DNA from: Bugula neritina
Taxonomy: Eukaryota; Animalia; Bryozoa
Length of the DNA stretch: 64,000 nucleotides
Direction: 5' to 3'
Assembly: GCA_964035545.1 (NCBI GenBank)
Contig: OZ037765.1
Coordinates: forward strand, 1,364,001 to 1,428,000
Translations under genes and position numbers: made by a program
The notes under the pieces: generated by a model
What the model was told of the DNA's origin: nothing
What the model saw: the letters and a program-made list of their open reading frames with translations, nothing else
The model's database searches: none
Part shown: piece after piece, positions 14,823 through 31,700 of the stretch
Layout: each line of letters begins with the position of its first letter
Numbering within the stretch: the stretch's first letter is position 1

Positions 14823-14846
14823 TCGCATGCGCTGCTTTACGGAAAT
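14823..14846. promoter_or_regulatory. Housekeeping-type promoter motifs upstream of ACTR1 (NRF1-like CGCATGCGC, ETS-like CGGAAAT)
   Basis: Motifs present about 210-235 bp upstream of the ACTR1 ATG in otherwise AT-rich DNA. Confidence 0.4.
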
Positions 14847-15056
14847 GATCATTGAGAACATAGCCGTGTTTCTTATCTCTAATCGATGGGGGTCACAAAG
14901 AGTCTCTGATGTTACTAAGATTATAAGCTACCAACAATTGAAAAAGGAGACTTGATCTTAAAGTTGATGTGTTCCTAATTTTAATTTATGACTCTGAATT
15001 AATATATTCTCTTTTCCTGATTGAAAAACGTTATTAGCCAAAATTGCGTCTGAATT

Positions 15057-18704
<3,648 letters not shown>

Positions 18705-19055
18705 AAACACCGGAGTCTATAGTCAACCATCCCATCATATCTAGTCTTTCTCCGCTATGAACTTGGACTATATCTTGAAGTTTAGCTTAATGAACTTATA
18801 TTTGTCCTCTATATGTATTAAAGGGGAGATAATAATGACTAGATCCTAAGGCTAAGATGTTAGCTACTCAAACCAGCTTCATATTAGCCCAGTTTATTAT
18901 TCAGAAAGTTTAATACTCTGAGATTTTTTCTATTTAAACTTCCAGCGTCATCTCTGAGAATTGTTTTTGTAGAAATTGTATGTTAGTATAAAATGCCAAC
19001 AGAAAAGTTGGGCTTTCAAGGTTGTAAGTTGTTTAGGAATTTCATAGTTTATGTC

Positions 19056-19185
19056 ACACTAGTAGTTTCACTGAGCACTAGTAATTTCACTGAGTACTAG
19101 TAGTTTTACTGAGTGCTAGTAGTTTTACTGAGTGCTAGTTATAGTATCACTCGGTACTAGTAGTGTGACGGTGGACTAGTAGTGT
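19056..19185. repeat. 19-bp tandem repeat (ACTAGTAGTTTCACTGAGY) in the probable ACTR1 3' UTR
   Basis: About 6 degenerate copies downstream of the stop; AATAAA near 19576. Confidence 0.75.
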
Positions 19186-19781
19186 GCCTAAAGAGTGACC
19201 ATATTATATGAACTGGCTTTTACTTGTGTGCACTTTTCTAGTTTTAATTATTTCCTTAAATATTCGTTTTTAGTTAATATGCTTATAACTTTTAGCTTAA
19301 GTTTTTATTCCAATACAATGTAACCTTGTTGACCTATTATTATTATTATATTCAAACACTTTCATCTCTTATTGAAAATCTTGAACCTGTTGGTTAATGT
19401 TTAAATATGTATGTATTATATGTACAAGTACACACATGCATATACACATACATATGTTATGTATACACAATATACATACATACACACATAATAACTATAA
19501 TATACACACATACATATAATATAATTATAATATACACACATACATAATATACAAGTTTACATCCCTTAATTCTGCAATAAAAACTCTATAACACTGATTT
19601 CAAGAACTTCGTACTTGAAAAGCATACAAATATTTTGGTCACTTGACTTTTCATACTATAAGATATAGCAGAATTCTCTCACCACAATTAATGCTTATTG
19701 TTGAACATAAAATGTTTTCCTATAATATGAATAATTTACAACAATGAAGCAGATAATATTAGACACAACGTTATACAACAG

Positions 19782-22700
19782 ATGTTACCAGTATGTCTGT
19801 TAGTTTGTTGTGCACACAGAACTCTAAGTTGTCACATCTCAACACAAAGGTGAGTAGTTTGAAACATAGTAAGCTGTACTTATATTAACACATTGGTTCT
19901 GATGATTGTAGTTTATACTGATAGGCAAATCCATATATCTTGTGAAGATGAGATTTTCAGAAAACTTGCTTTATTAGTAGCTATAACTTGTAACTGACAA
20001 AATGTATATAAAATGTTATGAAAATATTATATGTGCAGCGCTAAAATAAGCTTTTACTTTTAGACTAAGATCTACAATTAATGGAAACTTCTGTCTATGC
20101 TGTCTAACTTCCACTACAAGTTCAGCACTTTACTTACAATTTATGAAATTCTAGAATATACTGAGCATTCTAATGGCATAGTTGTAGTACTGGTTGAGTT
20201 GTTGTATCTATTCTCTAGTCTGAGTCAGATTCACACATAGTCTGAGAGTGATAGACAGTGGCTGGAGATTATGGCTCTGATGATAGAAGGTCAGACATTG
20301 GACGAAGCTATTGATGCTTACAATGACAGCTTCATACAGTTTCAGTACGACCTTCCGGAGTTCTGGAAAAAGAGGGAGGAAATTGGACTACCTTTGAGTG
20401 ACTCCAGTTTACCGCTCACTAGTCGGGTGGCCAACTTCCTGTTAGTGGAGGTTAACTCGCAAGCGTTTCCATGGGGTTAGTATGTACTGACATGTACTGA
20501 TGTATTTACCATTGAGTTAACCGGTGACTCATCGTAGCTGTCATGCACTACATTTCCAAGCTTCCCATTCTGCTTGAAAACAGTTGCCTAAATGAAACCA
20601 CAACCGTAAGTTCATGCACTCCGCAACCACAAATTCATCGTATGACCTTCTATATTTGCATAATGCAAAACCATGGAAACGCAGTGATGGGAGGAAGGGA
20701 GATTGGAGGGTGCCAGGTTTTTAATTCTGCTCATAGCGTGCAAATCCACAAACAAAGTTTTGTGTCGCTGACACCTAATTTGTCGTAAAAACTTGATAAG
20801 ACCTATTGTCTTCATGATTTATGAGATATATTTTCATAAAAGTGGAATGCCCATTGATAATTTTACACCTTTTCCCGCCACAGACTATAAAGCAAACTTG
20901 TGAAATTTGAACTACCTGCACTAGTTACCTGATATTTAAAACTTTGGATGATTTTATTACTTTAGGCTATCTGTATGGATTCTTCAACATTGAAGATGAG
21001 GAGAGTAGAGCGTTTGAGTTACCCGACGGTCTGATTCAGGTGAGATATCCTGTTAAGTAATCATAAGACTATTTCTATTCATCTTCTGGAATAATCTAGA
21101 AAGATCCATAGAAATGGGTTGATGGTTGTACTTTGCATATTGTGAGGAAAACTTGAGGTCTGTTCAAATCAAGAGACACCAGGCTGTGTGAGTTTTTACT
21201 TAGAATTTGATACAAAAATTAAACTCAAAGCAAGTTTTTCAAATGGATTCTCTGCCACCAGGAAGAGGGAAGACATGTGAATCAGATATACAATTCCTTA
21301 TCTAATATTTAAAGAAAAATCAATTACACAATGCCATATTCTTAAGCATTTGTACTTTAATTCTTACATCATGTGATGTAATATTTCTACAATAAACACT
21401 CCTTTAGCCTCAAATTTTGTAATAGTACAAAACAACACCACAGAAAAGTAATGATTAAAACAGTATAAACTTTGTAGTTATAGGGTGTAAATTTCAATAC
21501 TGACAACATTTACAGCTTGTTTTTACATATTTTTGATTAATAGGACTTATTTTTGATATATTTATTAGTCTGAACGATTTAAAAATTATTTCTCAAGTTT
21601 CTACCTGTAGGCCTAAGACAGTAAACCTGCAAAGATAGCTCTATAATGAATTAAATGTAAAATATATTATACAACATTTAAATTACCTGCAGTATATTTA
21701 TACCTGTATTACTATACCTGTCTTTTCTGATTGCAGATGGCTATAACAAACATGGCTGTATTCTTACCAGCCTTAGTTCTAATCATCGTAGCCTTGTTTC
21801 TACCCTTAATTTACACTGCCACATGTGAGTTTATTAATCATATTAGCTTTTGCAGAAACAGTGCTTTATAATATGCACAATATATGTTATCCTAAATGAA
21901 TGAGTGTTAAAACTGTTTAAAAGCCTTAGTAAAATATAATATGCTTTAAAACGTATGGGCGTTAAGAATATTTAGAGGTAAATTGCCTGCTTTAAAATCA
22001 AATGAAAAGTAAACTCGGTAAAATAATCTCTCAACAGAAAGTATTTTTAGCAACCATCAACCATGAATATAAGCATTAAAGCAAAACTGCTTAGTAACAC
22101 AAAGCTGTCAAATTTTTATCTTTCATAACTTCAGCTGTATAATTTTGTCATAACCTAATATACTTACAGATTTGTACCGATGGAAAGGCTCATGTGGTGG
22201 AGCCGTATCTGTCCACAATCTCATTTACCAGAAGCGATCTATAAAGTTACTAACAGTAGCGGCAGCGGTAGTCAATTGCTTAGTGATCATGTGAGTATAA
22301 CTGCTGACACGTCTTATTGATTGGTGAGAAATGTATCTATAATTCAGAGTGTCTAGTCAGTGCAGTGTCTAGTCAGTGTGTTTATAGTTTATATTCATTT
22401 TCAGAAGTATGTTGGTTTATAGTAGTCACACTAGGTAAACTCATTCAAAGAACTAGGTAAAAATTGCACCGGCAAAAATTGCACAGGTAATAATGGTACA
22501 GGTAATAATGGTACAGGTAATAATGGCATAAATGGCAAAGTAAGTAAAACTGGCACATTTTCAATATTAGGGTTTGAGTGGTGGTTGGGGGTTTGGAATG
22601 AGGGTTTAGGTTTGGGGATGGAGGTTCGAGTTTGGGTTGGAGTTTAAGGGTTGGGGGTTTGAGAAAATTTAACATCAGCATGCCATTCTTACCTACTTTT

Positions 22701-25700
22701 GTATTTGTGCTATTAAAACCTGTAACATTATTACCTGTGCCATCTTTACGATGTCATTTTTACCAGTGCCATTTTTTCCAGTCAAATTTTTACCTAAACT
22801 CACTTGCTGTAGTTACTTTGTGTTGATTTACCATGAATAATTGTATTGTAGATTTGGAGTTGTCCAATTTATCAGAAGTGCCAGGCCAGTCGTAAACACT
22901 CTCCCTAATGCTGCATTTCAACTCTTCAAACTGGGATTACACGACTTTGATAAGTTCTTTAAATATTGTATAGAGGTAATTAGATAGTTGGTGTCACTGA
23001 TATACACAGTAATAATTAATGGCTGCTTCACAACTTCTAGTGCCTGACATTTGCAAATTTTGTTGAGCTTGATATTTATAAGTCCTAAGGATGTCATCTG
23101 TAAATAATCTCAAAAAAATACCTGAAAATAACCAACAATTTTTGGTTTTTGAAGTGGGCACAAATTTGTTAATATGCCTTATCCGCTAAAAAGTTGTCTG
23201 CCCTTTGATTAAGTTTTGTGTTTTGCAAACCTATATATGAAGTACTGTTAACATCACAAGATCAGTACTATAATATAGGATGCACACACATGCAGTTACT
23301 GATATGAATGCTATTATCACCAACTTGCTTTCCTAGCATGATTCACTCTGTTTAGCTAATAAAATTGACAAAATTCTTTAGGGTAATCTATAAAAAGATG
23401 GTAGAATATATAATTTACATTTTAGAATTAGTTGATATATTTCTTAGGAGATTCAGCATTTTCTCAGCGAAGGTTTATTCACACTTTTAAGAGGTGGAGT
23501 GGTCACTATCACAGGTCAGTGAAACTCTGATTTAATTTTTTTCCAGATTTGACAGAAAATTTCAATGAAATCTGATTTAAAGCTTTAGCATGTACAGAAT
23601 AGACAGAGAGAACTTAATGTTGGAATGACTTTATTATCGTTTATCAGAGACATTGATATCTGGTGCTATCAGCTTGAGCTACTGATTTTAAAAATATATT
23701 ATGCTTTTATAAACAAACATGACTTCCATGTATCCTAAGCTATAGTTGCCTATAAGAACAAAGTGTGTAACCTTATGGAATAATTGAAAACACTTTCAGA
23801 CACTGAGTGAGCTGAGAGGCTTATCTCCTGTCTTTCTGCCAAAAAACTTTCAGCTTTTTATTTGAAGATGTAGTTTCAAAATCTCTTGTTAAATGCTGCT
23901 TTATGCAAGATACCATGTTACTGTTTATTACAGAGGACTTTGGAGGTATAATCTTCAACATAACAGGCAGATTAAGTTTGAATGAGCTCGACACTCTTGT
24001 GGAAACACTTCGCAATGCATCTAACGGTGAGTTTTATAGATGTTTATATTGCTGCCTCCATTATTGCGTAAACGCTACGATAAAAACTAAGATGAGATGA
24101 TTTCCACAAACATACTTGCTTACGATGAATATTGAAAGCTGCCAATTCAAGATGAGTTAATTCGTGTAAAATTATTTCATGCAACAAACAGTGTTACAAA
24201 ACTTGGTTTTTGAATTTTTTGCCACTTTTCCTTCAAATAATAACTATGTGCACCTATATGAAGTAAAATATTCTTGGTTTATTTCTACGTAGGGCAAGTC
24301 GCTATTAAAATGTTAACAACTTATTTTGAACCAAGCTAAATTTGATAAAAGTTGCCTGTTGAATTTTATAGTTGTATAAAGCCAAAGCAGTAACTCCAAC
24401 ATCTTCTGCTTGTACAAGTTTGTGGTAGTTTAATAAAGTACTCAACTGTTTGCTTACGTACTGTGCTATTATTGTGTTGGACTACTGTGAAGAAAATATA
24501 TAAGCTCCTACCATTTAGTCCAATAAAGAAACTTTAGCTTTGTTCATAGGGATCGCTAGATGCAGCACAAAATTTGGAGTCATGGAGTACAGCATTTGTA
24601 TACACATAATTGTCTGACCTCTAACCTCCCAACTACTGAACTTAGTGACCTCAAAATTTTTGCTCATCATATGTAGAAGTTAATAAGTTAGCATGAGATC
24701 TCTGTATTACAGATGTGGAGTACCTCAAGGAGGGTCTACGTAATGCTACTGACATAGTGAACACCGCTAACTCTGCTCTCACTAACCTGACCACAGACTA
24801 CAATGCCATGAAGGAGACGCTGCAAGTCATCAACAATATGTGTAGTAATGTAAGGTTCCTGGTCACTGCGGCATGCTCTGGCGTTCCCGCAGCTTCTGAT
24901 CTGCCTCCACCACCTACTCCAATAGATGTGTGTACTTTCACCACATTCTCTTTCTTCATACTGCAACTAGTAGCTTCATACTGTAGCTAGTAATTACACC
25001 ACATTTTCTTTCTTAACAGCGTGGAATTTCTAATGTTGTATATATAATTTCCACATAAAAAACAAGAAATATAATGTCTCTTTTTGTTTTTTGAGGTGGT
25101 AATTGATTTCTTCTCGTTTTCAGATTGGATTTGATGGAGAAATGTTGCTTTCAACAGTAGATACTCTAGACATCAATGAGATGCTGGCTCGGGTAGGTAA
25201 AATATTGACAAACACAGTCTAGAAATATAATATTACTGTAATGTATTTTAGTATATATTACATTATACTGTATTGTAGTATGTATTACATTGTACTGTAT
25301 TATAGTATGTATTACATTATACTGTATTGTAGTATGTATTACATTGTACTGTATTATAGTATGTATTACATTATACTGTATTATAGTATGTATTACATTG
25401 TACTGTATTATAGTATGTATTACATTGTACTGTATTGTAGTATATATTACGTTGTACTGTATGGTAGTACATATTACGTTGTACTGTATGGTAGTACATA
25501 TTACGTTGTACTGTATTGTAGTATATATTATATTGTACTGTATTGTAGTATGACTCATTTAACCTCAGTCTAATAACTGACTTGGCTGGAGACAGCATTC
25601 CTTTAGATGGTAAGTATTAACAATATTACAATAATTGGTTGAGACGTTTTTTCAATTTTCAAAATATATCGCCTGTCAATCAGGCAGTTTTTGTATTTTA

Positions 25701-28700
25701 TCAATTCCCAATTAGTAAAATTATAAAGAAAAGTCAGCAAACCTAACTATTTTTGACTTTTTCTCCAAATTTAATAATTTGTGCAATATTGTCCTTTTAT
25801 AGTTTAGTGTCATTTAAAAGTCCATGGGCTTTGCTAAGTTTTATACGAATAAAAGTCAAGAATAACTGCAAATGAAGTTTTTGAGTGTTAGAAAGTAAAT
25901 TCCAAATTATAAAAATGCAAAGTTATTTTACAAACAGATTACACTTTGTTTAAAAACCATGCCAGTTATTACATACCACACTATAGAATATATATGTGTT
26001 AAACAAACAAGAACATAATAAACAGCAACAATTGTATATTTGTTGCTGTTCAACACATTACAAGTCCAAGTATTTCTATACAGTACATATGTTTCAGCCA
26101 TTTACCAAAACATCAGAGACAGAACTGAGGAAGTTCAGAAGAGCATCGACTGGGAGTCTGTAAGTTCACCTTGTTCTGTAACCTACAATGTCACCTTGTT
26201 TTGTGGCTTATAGAATCACCTTGTTCTGTAACCTAAAATGTCACCTTGTTTTGTAACCTATAGAGTCACCTTGTTCTGTAACTTATAGAGTCACCTTGTT
26301 CTGTAACTTATAGAATCACCTTGTTCTGTAACTTATAGAGTCACCTTGTTCTGTAACTTATAGAATCACCTTGTTCTGTAACTTATAGAATCACCTTGTT
26401 CTGTAACTTATAGAGTCACCTTGTTCTGTGACTTATAGAATTACCTTGTTCTGTAACAATTATAGAATTAGCTTTGCTTTTTCAGGATCTACATTTGCTG
26501 TCTATAACACATAGCTCTGTTTAAAGTTTATTAACTAATGCCCCATTGGCTTTGTCCTTCTTTGGCTATAGTATATAGCTTTTTCTCCACTAATTCATTA
26601 CTTAGGTTTTAATTAATATTTATTGAAAAAAAAAGATATATGCTATGTTATCAAACCTACACACTCATTATCATCTGTATCTCAAATATGCATTTACTGA
26701 AAATCAGCTTGCCGTTTCAGCTTAACCCACTGACTCCAGAGTTTGTAGACTCAGCCTTGGAGAGTGCCGAATCATTTGTCAACAATCCTATGTTTGGATA
26801 CATGTAAGAGATACGTACACAGTAAAATATGTACCACTAACAACATCTAATAGTATTTGGCTGCTTTTTCTATGCTCTAAATTAGTGCTCTATAAAGTTG
26901 TTGACCTTAAATAATTAGTGAAATTTTGATTTTAGTATAGTTATCAGTAATAATATACATTAATTATTACCAAATGTCAATGCTAGCAAGTAAATGAAAA
27001 GTATCAATGAAAAAAAAAGCATTTACTTTTCAAATTGATGTACTGCACAAAAATGCTCTTTATTAGGTATCAGGCTCATGCAGTTTCTATAAAAGTCATG
27101 GTAAAGCCAATCAACAAGCATAGCTAGAAATATCTCAGTTTTTTACAAGACATTTCATGTCAAGCCAGTAAATTTACAGGCAATAAAATAATGCTGCACT
27201 GTGATTTCACATGTGTTTCTACAGGGACAAAATAATAAAGGGGATGGCCATAGTGCCGATTATATATGCTGTCTGCGTGCTGATTGGTGTGGTGCTAGGG
27301 ATGTTCGGGACATCCCGGGAGAGCTTCCCGTGTCCAGAGAGGAGCAGCTCTTCTGATATAGGAGCCCATTTTCTCAGCAAGTCAGTCTGTTTCTGTTCTA
27401 TTATTTAATAATATTCTTGTTTTAATAATTATAGTTTCTTTTATATCATATCCAATTATCTTTTTTTCTTAGCGTCTTAAAAGATCTGTTTTTCATGGCG
27501 TCATAGAAGAAAACCCTGTGCAGTTATGTAATAAGAATGGTAGCCATAGTTCAATGTCATTTTTATAATTTCTGAATTGCAATTAAGTGTAGTTACAGAA
27601 CTTATTTTACTGAAAACTCTTACAACAACTAACCAGTAGCTCTACACTAAATCTTGCAAGGAACTCTATCTCATGGTGCACTCTTTATCTAGAGCTCAGT
27701 TGGCGCCTCTGATGTTCAACTGCTTCTATGCTGTGCTCTGTGGCATCCTTCTCTCTGTAATGTCAATATTCTCCATCTTAACTCACTCCCTCTACACTCA
27801 TGACATCATATACAGGGTAAGATAACTTAACTCACTCCCTCTACACTCATGACATCATATACAGGGTAAGATAACTTAACTCACTCCCTCTACACTCATG
27901 ACATCATATACAGGGTGAGATAATTTAACTCCTTCTATACTCATGACATCATATACAGGGTGAGATAACTTAGCATTTCTCTTTCTATACTCATGACGCC
28001 ATATACAGGGTAAGATAACTTAACTCCTTTTATACTCATGACATCATATACAGGGTGAGATAACTTAGCATTACTCTTTCTACACCCATGACATCATATA
28101 CAGGGTGAGATAACTTAGCATTACTCTTTCTACACTCATGACATCATATACAGGGTGAGATAACTTAGCAATACTCTTTCTACACTCATGACATCATATA
28201 CAGGGTAAGATAACTTAGCATTACTTTTTCTACACCCATGACATCATATACAGGGTGAGATAACTTAGCATTACTCTTTCTACACTCATGACATCATATA
28301 CAGGGTGAGATAACTTAGCAATACTCTTTCTACACTCATGACATCATATACAGGGTAAGATAACTTAGCATTACTTTTTCTACACCCATGACATCATATA
28401 CAGGGTGAGATAACGTAGCATTACTCCTTCTATACTCATGTCATCATATACAGGGTGAGATAACTTAGCATTTTTCCTTATATACTCATGACGCCATATA
28501 CAGGGTGAGATAACAGCAATATGTAAAGTGTAGAATAAAAGTTAAGTTCATTAAGTGAATTGCATGTGCTTATCATAATGAAGTTGTTGGAATGCATGAG
28601 GTATGTGCAAAATATTCTGAAGTTTTAAAACTGTCTAGTTGTGATTAAATTACCCCCCCCCCCTTTCCAAACTTAATTAATTTCTAAACTATTAAACCTT

Positions 28701-31700
28701 ATTAATAGAAATAGTAATTTTAAAAAGTATTTTCTACATTATTATGCTCTCATTGATATAATATACTGCAGCCTGCAATATGCGTTTATTTCTGCTATAG
28801 AAACTATAAACATCGGGTCGAGCTGCTGCAATAATAGTATTTTCTTACAGCCTTACAACAATGGACTATATTGTCGTCTTTTTATATTATAATAAATCAT
28901 TCAAATTCATTATAGAAAGAAATAGACTATTTTTGAAAAATATTTGATTAGTGATTTTTTGATTTACAGCAATACCCGGACAGACTTTTACTAAATAGGA
29001 TCTGCTATATATAATGACATAAATTTAAGTATTTACATGATATATTCAAGTATTGAGGCGATGTATTTTATGACAAAGTGAGCACAAGTGTTAACTGCAG
29101 CATTGATCAGTGAACAGTACTTTAAGAAAGTGTTATCTGCATTAAATATTGTTTACTTATTAGGTTGTTGACCGAATCCCTGATTCCTTCATACAGAGAA
29201 GTTTGACGATAAACATTGGCTCAAATATTACCACTATCATTTCTGGAGAGAGAGTTCTCAGGTAACTGCAGGTGTTCTTCTGTTTATCGATTCAAAGTTT
29301 GACAATGATCTAGAGTTGCATGGTGTTGAGTCTACCCATTGGCTGCTGTGGTGCAATGGTAGCGTGACCGCCTGCAAGGGGAAGGTCTCGGGTTTGAATC
29401 CCAGTGCGGCTAAAGTTTCATGTTGTGAAAATCTTTTCTGTAGCAGTACTGGAGAAATTTAAAAAATTTCAATTTACAGGTTTATATTTTAAAAGGGGTT
29501 TAAGTTAAGCTTTCTGTTTTTGAGACTACAGTTACAATGTATAGTGTTTATTATTCATGTGATAACGACATAAGTTGCCAACACATTCAGTTAAGGCATA
29601 CAAGATAGTTGAAGTATGATATATGCTCTATCAGTAAAATAGAAATACAACATTGCTTATTCACATTAACTAGCCCCTCCACTTTTTGAGATCAATTTAA
29701 GACAAAGTTGGGGTCAAGGTCAACTCAACACCACCTGAATTTTGAGTTATGAAATAATATGACTATAAAACTTCTTTGTCATCAGCAGGGTAGACAACTT
29801 CCCAGCCAGCTTTGACCTTCTTTATCACAGAACTCACTAGAAAAGTTAAATAAATCATACATGTTACTTTCTAATGTGAAATATGTTGGGTGTTGATTTT
29901 TAAATTTTAATGAAGGTTTATTTAAGATTAGTTATTGCGGTGGGTTTGCAGCTTTTAAGCTCTGCATTTGATAGCATGCCATAATAATTTTGCCTGTAAT
30001 GATTATGAATAAACTGTAGCTATTATGTTGTGTAACACTTTGATGTGAGTTGCTTTGTTCTGGCAGAACATGTGGGAATAATGGAGGAACTCTGAAGGCA
30101 ATTGGAATAGACATTGGAGACTTCACTAACATAACAAGTATACTTGATGAAATAGAGGTACATTAACTTTATAACAGCTTTTAGAAATATTAACTTCTTT
30201 AAGTTATATGTTTAGTAGTTGTTCATCTATGTTCTAACTATTTACAATAAGAAAAAGGCTGCAAAGTATATTAACTATTATAAACAAAGCAAGAGTTATG
30301 AAATTCTAAGCTCTCGTTTATTAAAGTTGCCATATTTTAGCTGCAACTTCAGTCATTACCAAAACAAGTTTTGTAATTGTTAAAGCCGATATTTTTTAAG
30401 CGTCTGTTAGCGCTACTTTTTACAAATTTTACATGCAATTTCTTTGATCATAAATTTATTTCAACAATTGGTAAAGTTGAAACAAACCACCAAAAGTGAC
30501 GCGCATAGTGTAGTATCTTAAAAGAACACTTGGCATAAATGGTGGCTATTTTTTAAAACCATGAACCGTTTTAGTGATCAAAGAAAAGTTTAATTGCTGA
30601 AAAACTCAATTATAATTGGTTTAAGTTTTAGCTCATTTTTCACTCATCAAAACAAGCAGAATTTTAAAAATGATCAAAAAATACATTTAGGTGCAGTAGT
30701 GGAGAAATTAAGATAGCCTAAGTTCTTTAATTTTATTATTAAATTTTATATTGGGGCGCGGGTTGAAATTCTCATGAGAACATAACTTCTTATGCTACAA
30801 TTTTAATCTAGAACACAGGCTTGTCTCAATTTCTCCATTACTGCAGCTACCTCAAAATAGACTTTCACAAATTTAAGCAAACTTACATGTATCTAATCTA
30901 ACACTATTCCCTACTTGCTTTGCAGTGGCCTGATATTGATGCATTCAAAGTGAACATAGAGCAGCAGTTGGATGACATCAGAGAGTCAGCAATACCAAAG
31001 CATTCAGACGTGGCTGTCGTTCAGAACTACTTGAATGCATTAACTCTGCCTACAATTGACTTCACAGAGGTATGAGTCTTCAGGTCTCTGATTATTTGTG
31101 CCACTTTTACTGGACACCCCTATGACTATGTACTCAAAGCTTGTTAGCTATTGCTGTAGTATGTTATTATAGAGTTGAAGACAATCAAGTGTTATTCAAT
31201 TATTTTATTAAAAATTTCTTGCTTAAGAATTTAATTTGTATTTGTGCATTAGTTTTACATTTGAATAGAAGTTATATATGTTTAAACTATTCGACCACCC
31301 GCCATTTACGTTCTAGTTAGCCAATGAGGTTGAGGAGAACAGATTTATTACGATTGGTGGAACTCAAAAAACAATGTTGGAATTTGCAAATGAATTAGAG
31401 GCAAACGCTACGGCAATCAGAAATGTAAGTTGCTAAAAATACTGAACAATGAAACAATTTTTTGGTAGTCTTAATAAAATAGTTTATAGAGACAAATATA
31501 ATCTTTACATGCGCGCAAAGTTGGGCTTAGCTGTCTTACCATAGGAATGATTGACACATGTGATTTTGTAAACAAGCAAAATAATCATCTACAGTTTTCT
31601 CTTTATATGCACCATGTCTTTGTAGCAGGGTGCGATAAATATAGCGGATAAACTGGATACCATGGTGAACATCATTAGAAATATAGATGCCTATGTGGGT

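Noticed and set aside
27777-28514. CRISPR-like appearance of regularly spaced repeats
   Set aside because: No unique spacers, no cas genes, eukaryotic intron; the unit derives from the adjacent exon end.
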